DNA of 64,000 nt from an uncultured Granulicella sp. (GCA_965213785.1 OZ243921.1:913959-977958), one strand, 5' to 3'. Shown: positions 46,674 through 56,726, numbered from the stretch's first letter. Numbers and translations: made by a program. Notes: generated from the sequence alone by a model not told the origin.

Positions 46674-47885
46674 CTACACCCTCTGCGGTCCCGAGACACT
46701 CTCCCGTGGCCTTCCAAGGTCCTCCACGCGCGACACACTCACCTTCGGCTCCACCGTCTGCGGTACCGCGCGAACCCCCACATCCGGACGCGATCCGGTG
46801 GCGGCACCCCCACCATGCGACGCCGCGTCGATCAGCAGCCCCTGCCCCATCACCGCCAGGTTGTCCCGCGTCGTATTCTTCACCGCGTACATCATCTCGT
46901 CCGCCGCACGCAGCATGGCGTGCACCGAGTCGCCGTCCGCCGGGAAACTCGCCAACCCGAAGCTTCCCGTCAGACGAAGCGCCATCTCTTCACCCAGAAA
47001 GCTAGTCTCCCGCAGAGTCAAAAACAGCTCTCCCGCCACCTTGCTCGCGGGCGTCTTGTCCATGCCCGGCAGCAGCACCACGAACTCGTCCCCGCCATAC
47101 CGGAAACAGGAGCACTCCGGACCGACCTGCCGCTTCAGCATCTTTCCCACCTCGGCCAGCAGTTGGCTCCCAAGCAGGTGTCCATGCCGGTCGTTTACGC
47201 TCTTGAAGCGGTCCAGGTCCATAAAGATCAGGCTGAACGCCTCGCCCGGCCCCACCTGGTTCTTGCGCACACACTCTTCCATCAGGTTGTAGAGGTGCCG
47301 CGAGTTGTACAAGCCGGTGCAGCTATCCGTGATGCTGAGCTGCTGAATCAACTCCATCGACCGCGCATTCTGAATCGCAATCGCCGCGTAGTCGCACAGC
47401 ATCCGCAGAAATGAGATCGAGTACTCCGACATCAGATCCAGCTTGCTGTTCAGCAGTTGAATCACACCCAGCGTCTTATCCAGCGAGCGCACCGGCACGC
47501 ACGCCATCGACTCGATGTTCAGCTCCGGATGCCTGCGTGCAAAGGCCGACCAGTGCGGATGCTGCGCCACATCCGGAACCACCAGCGCCTGTCCCGTCTG
47601 AGCCACCCACCCGGCAAGGCTCTCGCCCATCGAAACCCGCAGCCCCATCAGGCTCTCGGCGTTCTCTCCCACCGCAATCCGGTAGTAGAGCTCTTTGTTC
47701 TCCTCATCCACCATCAACAGCGACCAGCGCTCGGGCCCGAAAAACTCGGCCATCTTGCTCATGATCGTCAGCAGAATCTCTTCCAGCTCCAGCGTCGACG
47801 TCAGCGCCCGCGCCACGTCGTGGAACACCCGCAGGTGATCCATCTGGCGGCTCTCGATGACCTGAAAGGGAACCTTGTTCGCCAT
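46674..47885 (-). CDS. GAF-domain diguanylate cyclase
   Basis: GAF (WSLLMVDE, CVPVRS, GVIQLLN); DSCTGLYN, FMDLDRFKSVNDRHGH and RYGGDEF. Confidence 0.92.
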   Translation of the reverse strand: MANKVPFQVIESRQMDHLRVFHDVARALTSTLELEEILLTIMSKMAEFFGPERWSLLMVDEENKELYYRIAVGENAESLMGLRVSMGESLAGWVAQTGQALVVPDVAQHPHWSAFARRHPELNIESMACVPVRSLDKTLGVIQLLNSKLDLMSEYSISFLRMLCDYAAIAIQNARSMELIQQLSITDSCTGLYNSRHLYNLMEECVRKNQVGPGEAFSLIFMDLDRFKSVNDRHGHLLGSQLLAEVGKMLKRQVGPECSCFRYGGDEFVVLLPGMDKTPASKVAGELFLTLRETSFLGEEMALRLTGSFGLASFPADGDSVHAMLRAADEMMYAVKNTTRDNLAVMGQGLLIDAASHGGGAATGSRPDVGVRAVPQTVEPKVSVSRVEDLGRPRESVSGPQRV

Positions 47886-48005
47886 GGCCTACCCCCACGA
47901 ACTCTCCGGGTGCGCGCTGAGAAGTACGCCGCCTCGCCCGGCACAGAGAAAATCAGATACCCAAACCTACCAGAAACAACACCTCAGAAAGTCGATTCAT
48001 ATAAA

Positions 48006-49091
48006 CTACCCGCCAATATGTACCATGCTGCGGGATGGCTTCTCGAAACCGGTCTCCCCAATGTGGTGCCGCGCTTCCTTCCGCATCACCACCTGCCGGA
48101 TATAGCTGCGAAGCTCCGCATCGTTCGCCCCCCGTGCCATCCTGCCCTGCAGATCGTGGTCGCTCTGCGAGAACAGGCACGTCCGGATCTTCCCGTCCGA
48201 GGTCAACCGCACCCGGCTGCAATGCCCGCAGAAAGGCCGCGACACGGGCGCGATAATCCCGATCTCACCCACCCCATCCTCAAACGTAAATCGCCTCGCC
48301 GTCTCGCTCGCCGCATGCGGCGCCAACTCCCGCAGCGGCCGCACCGCCTCCAGCCTCGCTACAATCTCCTCCATCGGCACCACCGTCTGCGGCAGCCAGC
48401 TTCGGTCTTCCTCGAGCGGCATGAACTCGATAAACCGAACGATAACGCCTTCCCGCCGCGAGAACTCCGCGAAAGCCTCGATCTGCCCGTCGTTGAACCC
48501 GCGCAGCAGCACGCAATTCACCTTCACCGGCCCAAGCCCCGCCGCCTGCGCTGCCCGCACCCCGGCCAGCACCCTCTCGTAGCTGCGCGGAACCCGCGTG
48601 ATCCGCGAAAAAATCTTGGCATCCACGGCGTCCATACTCACCGTCACCCGGTTTAGCCCCGCCCGCGCCAGCGGCTCCGCCAGCCCCTCCAGCAGATGCC
48701 CATTCGTCGTCAGCGCCAGGTCCAGCGGACCGCCCCCGCCATACGCCGTCCGCATCCCCGCCAGTTCCCGCACCATCTCTACCAGGCCGGAACGCAGCAG
48801 CGGCTCTCCCCCCGTCAGCCGAACCTTCTCCACCCCAAGCGAAACAAACAGCTCGATCATCCGCACATAGTCCGCAATCGGAAGCTCGGTAAACTGCACC
48901 CCCTCTTCGCCCGTCCGGCAGTAAACACATCGATAGTTGCACCGGTCCGTTACCGAGATCCGCAGGTCCGTAATCGCCCGGCCAAAACTGTCCCGCAGCC
49001 GCTCCTCCCCACCTTTGCGCATCCGCGAAACCTCGTCCCCCGTGGGCAACAAAGGAGTCGTCGACGGATGTTCAATCAAAGGAGCAGCCAT
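48006..49091 (-). CDS. moaA: GTP 3',8-cyclase MoaA
   Basis: LRISVTDRCNYRCVYC, RLTGGEPLLR, RFIEFMP and FCGHCSRVRLTSDGKIRTCLF. Confidence 0.96.
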   Translation of the reverse strand: MAAPLIEHPSTTPLLPTGDEVSRMRKGGEERLRDSFGRAITDLRISVTDRCNYRCVYCRTGEEGVQFTELPIADYVRMIELFVSLGVEKVRLTGGEPLLRSGLVEMVRELAGMRTAYGGGGPLDLALTTNGHLLEGLAEPLARAGLNRVTVSMDAVDAKIFSRITRVPRSYERVLAGVRAAQAAGLGPVKVNCVLLRGFNDGQIEAFAEFSRREGVIVRFIEFMPLEEDRSWLPQTVVPMEEIVARLEAVRPLRELAPHAASETARRFTFEDGVGEIGIIAPVSRPFCGHCSRVRLTSDGKIRTCLFSQSDHDLQGRMARGANDAELRSYIRQVVMRKEARHHIGETGFEKPSRSMVHIGG

Positions 49092-49165
49092 GGAATCCCT
49101 TCAGTCTAGTCCTTCGATGCCCGAAGCCTCCCTCGCGACGCACCCTCATCGCCGCCCCGCCCCGT

Positions 49166-49720
49166 TCAGGGCAGTTCCGCGTCCACAAACCTCGCGCCCA
49201 TGGCGTCCTTCGCCGAAACCGACGGCATCCCGCCTCCCAGCGGCCAGCCGATCTTCAACGTCGCGTCGTCCCAAACAATGCACCGCTCCCCGGCGGGATG
49301 GTAAAAGTTCGTGGTTTTATAAAGCACCTCCGCCGAATCCGACACCACCAGGAATCCATGCGCGAACCCCTCCGGGATCCAGAGCAACCTCACCTCCGAG
49401 ATCAGATCCGACCCCTTCAGGTCGAACCCCGCATATCTTCCAAAGTCCGGCGAATCCCGCCGCAGGTCCACCGCCACATCCCAGATGTGGCCTCGCAGCA
49501 CCCGCACCAGCTTGCCCTGGGGACGCTCCAGTTGGTAATGCAACCCCCGCAGAACCCCCCTCCGCGACAGCGACTGGTTATCCTGCACAAAGTGCGTCGG
49601 CAGCCCCGCCGCTTCGTACGCCTGCTCGTTATAAGTCTCCGCGAACCAGCCACGCTCATCGCCATGCCGCGTCGGTTCGATCATCTTCACGTCGCGCAGC
49701 GCAGTTTCGTGGACAATCAT
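49166..49720 (-). CDS. rfbC: dTDP-4-dehydrorhamnose 3,5-epimerase
   Basis: DERGWF, FVQDNQS, LRGLHYQ, QGKLV, DVAVDLR and GFAHGF. ATG 49720 with GAGG RBS. Confidence 0.95.
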   Translation of the reverse strand: MIVHETALRDVKMIEPTRHGDERGWFAETYNEQAYEAAGLPTHFVQDNQSLSRRGVLRGLHYQLERPQGKLVRVLRGHIWDVAVDLRRDSPDFGRYAGFDLKGSDLISEVRLLWIPEGFAHGFLVVSDSAEVLYKTTNFYHPAGERCIVWDDATLKIGWPLGGGMPSVSAKDAMGARFVDAELP

Positions 49721-50120
49721 TGCCTCTATTCTACCCATCCCACAGTTACGCAGAGAGAACGCCGCCCGGGTCGTATCCGGAAACTCACCACGTTGCGGAG
49801 GTTGCGAAAGCCGGATTGGCGGGTAGACTAGAAAGACAAATCGAAGGTAACGTCTACCTGCAGTCCCGTTCTGACGCCCGCAGCAGAGGCTGCCTTGGTC
49901 ACAAGCGGACAGAAAGGCCGAGGGGGGCATCACACCGCAAGGGGCAAAGATCGAAGCAAGAACGTCCGGCAAGGCTGCTTCACTGGCAACACAGGTTCCG
50001 GGGCATCTCTCTTGAAGCGCCGCCCGTGGGCTGGATCGTTCCCCCGGTCGGCACACGAAGTTCCTGAACGGAAGAGTGAACGGCGGTCCGCAAAGCCGCC
50101 GATGCTATAAGGATGAAGAT

Positions 50121-50861
50121 TTGACACAGGCCGATCACCCATCCAGCGAAGCGCCCGTAGCCGCACTCGATGTCTACCTCTACGACGAGCCCACGCACCG
50201 TCCCCTACGAGAGTCCGCTCGTCGCAACCGCATCCCCTCGCAGCTCTTCCGCTATCGCATCGTCAAGCGCTCGCTGGACATCTTCCTCGTCATCCTTTCC
50301 GCTCCTCTTTTTCTTCCCGTCATCTCCGTCGTCGCGCTGCTCATCGTCATCACCTCGCCCGGCCCGGTCTTCTACTCCCATCGCCGCCTCTGCCGTAACG
50401 GCTCCTTCTTTTCCATGTGGAAGTTCCGCACCATGTGCGTCAACTCCGCGGAGGTCCTCGAGCAATACCTCTCGCAGCACCCCGAAGCCCGCGCCGAGTG
50501 GAATCGCACCCACAAGCTCCGCTGCGATCCACGCATCACCCGCCTCGGCTACTTCCTCCGGCGGTACAGCATGGACGAAATCCCCCAGCTCTGGAACGTC
50601 CTCAATGGCACCATGAGTCTCGTCGGCCCCCGTCCCATCGTCGCCGCCGAAGTCGCCAAATACGGGGATCTCTTCAGCTTCTACTGTCGCGTCAACCCCG
50701 GCCTCACCGGCCTCTGGCAGGTCTCCGGCCGCAGCACCCTCACCTACGACGCCCGCGTCCTCCTCGACCGCGACTACGTCGAAACCTGGTCGCTCGCCGC
50801 CGACGCACGCATCCTCCTGCGAACTTTTCTCTCCGTTGCCAATCAGGACGGCGCCTTCTAA
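50121..50861 (+). CDS. Priming sugar transferase (WbaP/ExoY/CpsE-like)
   Basis: [46 protein letters not shown] and [12 protein letters not shown]. Probable TTG start. Confidence 0.93.
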   Translation: MTQADHPSSEAPVAALDVYLYDEPTHRPLRESARRNRIPSQLFRYRIVKRSLDIFLVILSAPLFLPVISVVALLIVITSPGPVFYSHRRLCRNGSFFSMWKFRTMCVNSAEVLEQYLSQHPEARAEWNRTHKLRCDPRITRLGYFLRRYSMDEIPQLWNVLNGTMSLVGPRPIVAAEVAKYGDLFSFYCRVNPGLTGLWQVSGRSTLTYDARVLLDRDYVETWSLAADARILLRTFLSVANQDGAF

Positions 50862-50935
50862 CGCAGCGCCCGAGGGTTCCCAGCAACGCCATGGGAGCCC
50901 ACAGCGGCATGGTCCCGACCGCGGCGTCCACAGGT

Positions 50936-50962
50936 CTATCCAGGCTATCCAGGCCATCCAGG
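50936..50962 (+). repeat. 9-bp tandem repeat x3
   Basis: CTATCCAGG CTATCCAGG CCATCCAGG, 10 nt before the GT4 start codon. Confidence 0.8.
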
Positions 50963-50972
50963 AGTCGCCCGC

Positions 50973-52160
50973 GTGCGTGTCGCCATCGTTCACCACTGGT
51001 TCGTAACGCGCGGCGGAGGCGAGCGCGTCGCCGAGTGCATCGCGGCCCTCTTCCCCCAGGCCGAGATCTTCACCCTCATCGCCTCCTCCCGGGGATTGCC
51101 CGCCAGCTTCGCCCAGCGCACCGTCCACACCTCCTTCCTCCAGTGGGTCCCCTTCGCCCCCAGCTACCATCGCCACATGATGCCGCTCTACCCCGCGGCT
51201 GCCGAGAGCCTCGACCTCCGCGGCTTCGACCTCGTCCTCACCTCCGACAGCGGCCCCGTCAAGGGTGTCCGCCTCGATCCCGGAGCCATCCAGATCTGCT
51301 TCTGCCACTCCCCCATGCGCTATCTCTGGGACAGCTTCGAGGAGTACCGCGCCAACATGGGCTGGCTCACGCGTACCCTCTTCACCGCCACCGCCGGCCG
51401 CGTCCGCCGCTGGGATGTTCACGCCGCCTCCCGCGTCACCCACTTCATCGCCAACTCCCACTTCGTCGCCGGCCGCATCGAGCGCTTCTACGGACGTCCC
51501 TCCACGGTCATCCACCCTCCCATCGACCTCCACCGCGCCACCATCCTCCCCGCCTCGCAGGTCGGCTCCCATTACCTCGCCGCCGGCCGCCTCGTCGGCT
51601 ACAAGCGCACCGGCTTGATGATCGAAGCCTGCCGCCGCCTCGGCCGCGAGCTCCGCATCGTCGGAACCGGCCCCGCCGAAGCCGACCTTCGCAAGCTCGC
51701 CGCCCCCAATGTCACCTTCCTCGGCGAGCTCTCCACCGAAGCCCTCTGGCAGCAGTACGCCCAGTGCCGGGCCCTGCTCTTCGCCGCCAACGAGGATTTC
51801 GGCATGGTCCCGCTCGAGGCCCAGGCCTGCGGCCGCCCCGTCATCGCCTACGGCGCCGGAGGCTCGCTCGAGACCATCCGGGCAACCCGCGGACCCTGCA
51901 TCCCCGACCCCCTACCCGCCGCCACCGGCGTCTACTTCGACCAGCAGACCGTCGACTCCATGATCGAAGGCATCCAGCAGTTCGAACGCATGGAAGCCGC
52001 CGGAGCCTTTCAGCCCGAAGCCACCCGCGCCTGGGCCGAGGCCTTCGCCACCCCGGTCTTCCTCCATCGCTTCCGGCAGTTCGTCCTCGAGAAAGTTCCC
52101 GAAGCCGCCGCCGCCATGGTTCCCGAGGCAGAGCTCGACTCCCTCGCGCGGGGCCTCTAA
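50973..52160 (+). CDS. Glycosyltransferase family 4
   Basis: RVAIVHHW..RGGGERV, CHSPMRYLWD, EDFGMVPLEAQACGRPVIA. Confidence 0.92.
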   Translation: MRVAIVHHWFVTRGGGERVAECIAALFPQAEIFTLIASSRGLPASFAQRTVHTSFLQWVPFAPSYHRHMMPLYPAAAESLDLRGFDLVLTSDSGPVKGVRLDPGAIQICFCHSPMRYLWDSFEEYRANMGWLTRTLFTATAGRVRRWDVHAASRVTHFIANSHFVAGRIERFYGRPSTVIHPPIDLHRATILPASQVGSHYLAAGRLVGYKRTGLMIEACRRLGRELRIVGTGPAEADLRKLAAPNVTFLGELSTEALWQQYAQCRALLFAANEDFGMVPLEAQACGRPVIAYGAGGSLETIRATRGPCIPDPLPAATGVYFDQQTVDSMIEGIQQFERMEAAGAFQPEATRAWAEAFATPVFLHRFRQFVLEKVPEAAAAMVPEAELDSLARGL

Positions 52161-52466
52161 ATGGAAGGCATGCGCGACCTTCTCCGCAAAACGCTGCGCC
52201 AAAGCCTGCGCGCCATGTCCCCGCTCGATCGCCTCGCCGCCGCCTGGCCCGTCGCCTGCGGACGAGCCATGGCCGAGCGTGGCCAGGTAGACGCCCTCAC
52301 CGACGGATCCGTCCACATCCAGGTTGCCGACCCTCTCTGGCTCTCCCAAATGCTCTCCATGCGCTCCACCCTCCAGAACGACCTCGCCCGCATCTCCGGC
52401 GTTCCCCTCACCGGGATACACTTTCATCTGAAGCATCCTTCAGGAGAGAAAAAGCACCATGAGTGA
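52161..52466 (+). CDS. DUF721/DciA-family protein
   Basis: LAAAWPVACG..., SVHIQVADPLWLSQM, LQNDL and IHFHL pattern fits a DUF721 KH-like fold. Confidence 0.7.
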   Translation: MEGMRDLLRKTLRQSLRAMSPLDRLAAAWPVACGRAMAERGQVDALTDGSVHIQVADPLWLSQMLSMRSTLQNDLARISGVPLTGIHFHLKHPSGEKKHHE

Positions 52467-52779
52467 GGCTGTATCGATTGAAGACGTCCGTCGCGTCGCC
52501 GAGTTGGCCAACCTGGACCTCACCCCGGACGAAGAGCCCCGCATGCAGCGCGACCTCAACGCCATCCTGGGTCACTTCCTCCAGCTCACCAAGCTCGATA
52601 CCACCGGTATCCCCCCCATGGCGCAGGTCGCCGACGTACTTCAGATGGAGGCCAGCCGCACCGGCGCCGACCTCCGCCCCGACACGGTCCGCCCCAGCGT
52701 AGACCGCGCCCACGTCATGCAAGCCGCCCCCGAAACCGACGGCCGTTTCTTCAAGGTCCCCAAGGTGATCGAGCGATGA
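52459..52779 (+). CDS. gatC: Asp/Glu-tRNA amidotransferase subunit C
   Basis: VRRVAELANL, LRPD and APETDGRFFKVPKVIE; precedes gatA. Confidence 0.93.
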   Translation: MSEAVSIEDVRRVAELANLDLTPDEEPRMQRDLNAILGHFLQLTKLDTTGIPPMAQVADVLQMEASRTGADLRPDTVRPSVDRAHVMQAAPETDGRFFKVPKVIER

Positions 52780-54221
52780 CCCCTGCCACCATCCCCTCCC
52801 TCCGCGCCGCCATCGCCGGCCGCACCACCACCGCCACCGAGATCGCCGAGCAGCATTACGCTCGGATCGCCGCGCACGACGGCCCCGGCGGCGACGCGAT
52901 CAACAGCTTCCTCGCCCTCACCCGCGACCGCGCCCTCGCCCAGGCCGCCGGCATCGACACCCTCGCCCGCAACGGCGACCCCCTCCCCCCCCTCGCCGGC
53001 GTTCCCGTCGCCATCAAGGACGTCCTGGCCCTGACCGGGGCCCCCGCCACCGCCGGCTCCAAAATCCTCGCCGGCTACCGGCCCCCCTACGACGCCACCG
53101 CTGTCCGAAAGCTCGAAGCCGCCGGAGCCGTCCTCCTCGGCAAGCTCAACTGCGACGAGTTCGCCATGGGTTCCTCCAACGAAAACTCCGCCTACGGCCC
53201 CGTCCGCAACCCCCGCGCCCTCGACCGCGTCCCCGGAGGCTCGAGCGGTGGTTCAGCCGCCGCCGTCGCCGCCGACTTCGCCGTCGCCACCCTCGGCACC
53301 GATACCGGTGGCTCTATCCGCCAGCCCGCGGCCTTCTGCGGAGTCGTCGGCCTTCTTCCCACCTACGGCCGCGTCTCCCGCTTCGGCCTCATCGCCTTCG
53401 CCTCCTCGCTCGACCGCGTCGGCCCCCTCACCCAGACCGTGGGTGACGCCGCCACCATGCTCCAGGTCCTCGCCGGCCCCGATCCCCTCGACGCCACCAG
53501 CTCTCTCCATCCCGTCGACGACTACACCGCCGCCCTCGACCAGCCCCCCACAGGCCTCCGCGTCGGCGTGCCCGCCGAGTACTTCGGCGACGGGCTGGAC
53601 CCCGAGATCCGCGCCGCCATCGACCGCACCATTGAACAACTCCGGCAGTCCGGAGCCACCATCGTCCCCGTCTCCCTCCCGCACACCCGCTTCGCCATCC
53701 CTACCTACTATGTCATCGCAACCGCCGAGGCCTCCTCCAACCTTTCCCGCTTCGACGGAGTCCGCTTCGGCCGCCGCGCCCTCCACGCCGACACCCTTTC
53801 CGCCCTCTTCCGCCGCACCCGCGACGAGGGCTTCGGCCCCGAGGTCAAGCGCCGCATCCTCCTCGGAACCTACGTCCTCAGCGCCGGGTACTACGACGCC
53901 TACTACGCCAAGGCCCAGCAGGTCCGCACCCTGCTCACCCGCGACTTCCTCGCCGCCTTCGCCCAATGCGACGTCCTCGTCACCCCCATGACCCCCACCC
54001 CGCCCTTCCGCCTCGGGGAAAAATCCGACGACCCCCTCGCCATGTACCTCGCCGACATCTACTCCGTGGCCGCCTCCCTCGCCGGAATCTGCGGCATCTC
54101 CGTCCCCTGCGGCCAAACCGCCGCCGGCCTCCCGATCGGCGTCCAGATCATGGCTCGTCACTTCGGCGAGGCCACCCTGTTCCGCGCCGCCCAGGCCATT
54201 GAAACAGCCCAAAAGGCCTGA
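52776..54221 (+). CDS. gatA: Asp/Glu-tRNA amidotransferase subunit A
   Basis: GKLNCDEFAMGSSNENS, PGGSSGGSAAAVA, GGSIRQPA and EVKRRILLGTYVLSAGYYDAYY. Confidence 0.97.
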   Translation: MTPATIPSLRAAIAGRTTTATEIAEQHYARIAAHDGPGGDAINSFLALTRDRALAQAAGIDTLARNGDPLPPLAGVPVAIKDVLALTGAPATAGSKILAGYRPPYDATAVRKLEAAGAVLLGKLNCDEFAMGSSNENSAYGPVRNPRALDRVPGGSSGGSAAAVAADFAVATLGTDTGGSIRQPAAFCGVVGLLPTYGRVSRFGLIAFASSLDRVGPLTQTVGDAATMLQVLAGPDPLDATSSLHPVDDYTAALDQPPTGLRVGVPAEYFGDGLDPEIRAAIDRTIEQLRQSGATIVPVSLPHTRFAIPTYYVIATAEASSNLSRFDGVRFGRRALHADTLSALFRRTRDEGFGPEVKRRILLGTYVLSAGYYDAYYAKAQQVRTLLTRDFLAAFAQCDVLVTPMTPTPPFRLGEKSDDPLAMYLADIYSVAASLAGICGISVPCGQTAAGLPIGVQIMARHFGEATLFRAAQAIETAQKA

Positions 54222-54346
54222 CCGGTCCGCTCGGGAGCATCCTTTCCCCAGACCTCCGCCTCTTAACCGGCATGAACGTCACCGCCCGCGAACGCAGCGA
54301 GCCTCTTGAAGAAGACCTCGACCTCCCGCAAGAGGAGGATCGCCCC

Positions 54347-54796
54347 ATGTCCCTCTGGTTCTGGATTGTCCCCCTCCTTCTGCTTCTCGCGTTTCTCGCC
54401 TTCTTTTTCACGCACCCGCGCTTCGGCCTGCCCCACCCACCGCCGATCGCCGCCGCCAGCACCCTCCCCACCCTCGGCATGGTCCAGTTCGACCGCGGCA
54501 AGCCCACCCTCACCCCCGACGGCCAGGCCACCCTCGACCGCGCCGCCGACGCCATGCGCGGCAATCCCAACGTTCGTCTCCGCCTGGAAGGCTACGACCA
54601 TCCTCTCCCCAAACACCACAGAAAAGACCACCGCATCGACCCTCTTACCCTGCAGCGCGCCCAAGCCGTCGAGCTTTATCTCGATGCACACGGGATCGAG
54701 CGCTCCCGCCTCACCGGCGGCATGGTCGCCCATTCCCCCTCAGCCTTCCCCACCCTCAACGTCGACACCCGCGGCGCAGAGCTTTACGCGCAGTAG
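54347..54796 (+). CDS. OmpA-like peptidoglycan-binding membrane protein
   Basis: GAGGAGG RBS, N-terminal TM helix, VQFDRGK..L..LD, LEGYD and LQRAQAV..YL..GI..RL. Confidence 0.75.
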   Translation: MSLWFWIVPLLLLLAFLAFFFTHPRFGLPHPPPIAAASTLPTLGMVQFDRGKPTLTPDGQATLDRAADAMRGNPNVRLRLEGYDHPLPKHHRKDHRIDPLTLQRAQAVELYLDAHGIERSRLTGGMVAHSPSAFPTLNVDTRGAELYAQ

Positions 54797-54853
54797 CCTC
54801 CCCGCACACCGGGCATCAACCCCGGCAATCTTCGGGTCCGGTGCGCAGCCGCC

Positions 54854-55498
54854 CTACAACGCCACCGCCCCAACCGGCTGATAGTACCGCTCTCCCGGCA
54901 GAGCACACCCCCCGCAGAGCGTCCTCCCGCCTACCACCGTCTCGCGGTCGTAGTTGATCCCCTCCCCACACTCCGCGCACACCACCCGTCCGCTCTTGTA
55001 CCCCGGCATCTCCCGCGGAGCCACCGTCACGGCGACCCACTCGGCCGAAAACAACTCCGCCTCCGCCATCTCCCGGTAGGCCGTCATCTGCTGCCGGTTC
55101 TTGTCGGCTATCTCGGGATAAAGCTCTCGCGCCCGCTGCTTGGACGATTCAAGCGCCGCCACCCGCACCGCACGGCCCCCCGCCACCGGCGACGGATCGT
55201 CCGGCTGCGTCCCCAGGTCCACAAACGTCGCCGCCATCTTGCCCCAGTCGCGAAACTTCAGCGCCCGCTTCCCCAGCCGGCACCCCGTCACCACCCCGAT
55301 CGCATCCGTCGCGCACCGGTCGATCTCCACATACGTCACCAGCCGCTTCCGGTCCCGCGCCGTCTCCAGCCCCCGCGGGTCCTCGACTCCCAGCAAACGG
55401 CACCCAAGCATCGCCATCCGCACCCCTAGAATCTGCCCGGCGCAGAGATGTCCATGCGCGCGCTCCGCCTCACCGAGAAGCACCTCAAAGCTCTGCAT
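54854..55498 (-). CDS. FmdE-family protein with C-terminal C4 zinc finger
   Basis: HGHLCAGQILGVR, EIDRCATDAI..VTGCRLGKR, CAECGE..CGGC. Confidence 0.88.
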   Translation of the reverse strand: MQSFEVLLGEAERAHGHLCAGQILGVRMAMLGCRLLGVEDPRGLETARDRKRLVTYVEIDRCATDAIGVVTGCRLGKRALKFRDWGKMAATFVDLGTQPDDPSPVAGGRAVRVAALESSKQRARELYPEIADKNRQQMTAYREMAEAELFSAEWVAVTVAPREMPGYKSGRVVCAECGEGINYDRETVVGGRTLCGGCALPGERYYQPVGAVAL

Positions 55499-55537
55499 CC
55501 CACCATGCTATCGGAAAGCGCCCCGGCAGGTCCTAGT

Positions 55538-55921
55538 CTAAGCCGCCCCCACCCCCAGGCATTCGACCAGCTTCTGCTGCACATCCGCCGGCACAAACGG
55601 CTTCACGATATACCCGTTCGCCCCCTTCTGCACCGCACTCAGCACGCTGTCCTCCCCACCCTCGGTCGTCACCATCACCACCGGCATCTCGTTCCACTCC
55701 GGCCGCGCCCGCACATTCGCCAGCAGCTCAAACCCGTCCATCACCGGCATATTCACGTCGCTCAGCATCATGCTGATCTTGTTGGCCTCAAGCACCTTCA
55801 GGGCCTCGCTGCCGTTCACCGCCTCAAAAATCGTTTGCACCGGAACCCCCGAGTCGTTCACGATGCGGCGAAGCATCTTGCGGATCAGCGGCGAGTCGTC
55901 GACAAGCAGAATGTTGAACAT
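55538..55921 (-). CDS. cheY: Chemotaxis response regulator CheY-like
   Basis: ILLVDDS, LSDVNMPVMDG, VTTE and YIVKPF; follows cheX. Confidence 0.85.
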   Translation of the reverse strand: MFNILLVDDSPLIRKMLRRIVNDSGVPVQTIFEAVNGSEALKVLEANKISMMLSDVNMPVMDGFELLANVRARPEWNEMPVVMVTTEGGEDSVLSAVQKGANGYIVKPFVPADVQQKLVECLGVGAA

Positions 55922-56014
55922 GTTGCATCTCCTCCAAAGGGTTATAGCTGAAACCGGTTCGCCTGCCGGCCGATCGGGCTGCGGCAAGGCAGGGCATGGT
56001 GCAATCTCGTGGTC

Positions 56015-56560
56015 TTACTCCAACGTCGGCGTCGTCGCCGGCCGCCGGTTTTCCTCAGAGCGCGTGATACTCAACTTCACCTGAACGTTGTACTCCCCTA
56101 CCCGCACAGGAATTGTCGTCATCCCCATTCCCGCGTTGTACATCCCCACATTCGTCCCGCAGATCACCGTCGGCGTACTCATGCCCATATAGCCAAGCGA
56201 CTCCTCCAGCGTCGTCTTCATCGTCCCGAAGATGATGTTCGACATCTCGGCCACCGCGTCCATGCCGTCATCCTTCAGCTTGCTGTCCTCCACCCCAAGC
56301 ATCAGGTTCGACATCTCGCACGCCAGGTCCGGGCTGCACTCCAGGATGCCCGTACCCTTCCAGTTCCCCAGCAGCCCGATCAGCCCGGCCACCACGTACC
56401 TCGTCTCCGACGGCTCCTGGATCTCCCCGGCGATCTCCGCCGCAAGTCCGATCATCGCGATAAACGACGCCTTGATCGACGTACTCAGAGCATCCACCGC
56501 GAGAGCCGTCACCGCCTCCGCATTGTTCAGGCAATCGTCCACACACGCGTCCTCACTCAT
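56015..56560 (-). CDS. cheX: Chemotaxis phosphatase CheX
   Basis: VAGLIGLLG, DAVAEMSNII.G and MSTPTVI motifs. Confidence 0.85.
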   Translation of the reverse strand: MSEDACVDDCLNNAEAVTALAVDALSTSIKASFIAMIGLAAEIAGEIQEPSETRYVVAGLIGLLGNWKGTGILECSPDLACEMSNLMLGVEDSKLKDDGMDAVAEMSNIIFGTMKTTLEESLGYMGMSTPTVICGTNVGMYNAGMGMTTIPVRVGEYNVQVKLSITRSEENRRPATTPTLE

Positions 56561-56699
56561 TCGCAGGGTTCGCTACCGCGACTCACATCAGGCCGCTCTG
56601 GCTCGTGCATACCGCGGTGCGCCGCAACGTGCCCCTCTGCGGAGCCGCACCGATCCGGTGCTTGCCAATCGCGCTCTCGTCGCTCCCGGTACAGTCCGT

Positions 56700-56726
56700 C
56701 TATCGGCACACACCCCAAGGACGTGA
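56700..56726 (-). promoter_or_regulatory. Putative sigma28 (FliA) promoter for cheX-cheY
   Basis: TCACGTCC-N11-GCCGATAG on the minus strand. Confidence 0.65.

Noticed and set aside
50050-50105. c-di-GMP-I riboswitch (GCAAAGCC motif)
   Set aside because: Only the short motif matches; the P2 stem with GAAA tetraloop and correct spacing are missing.
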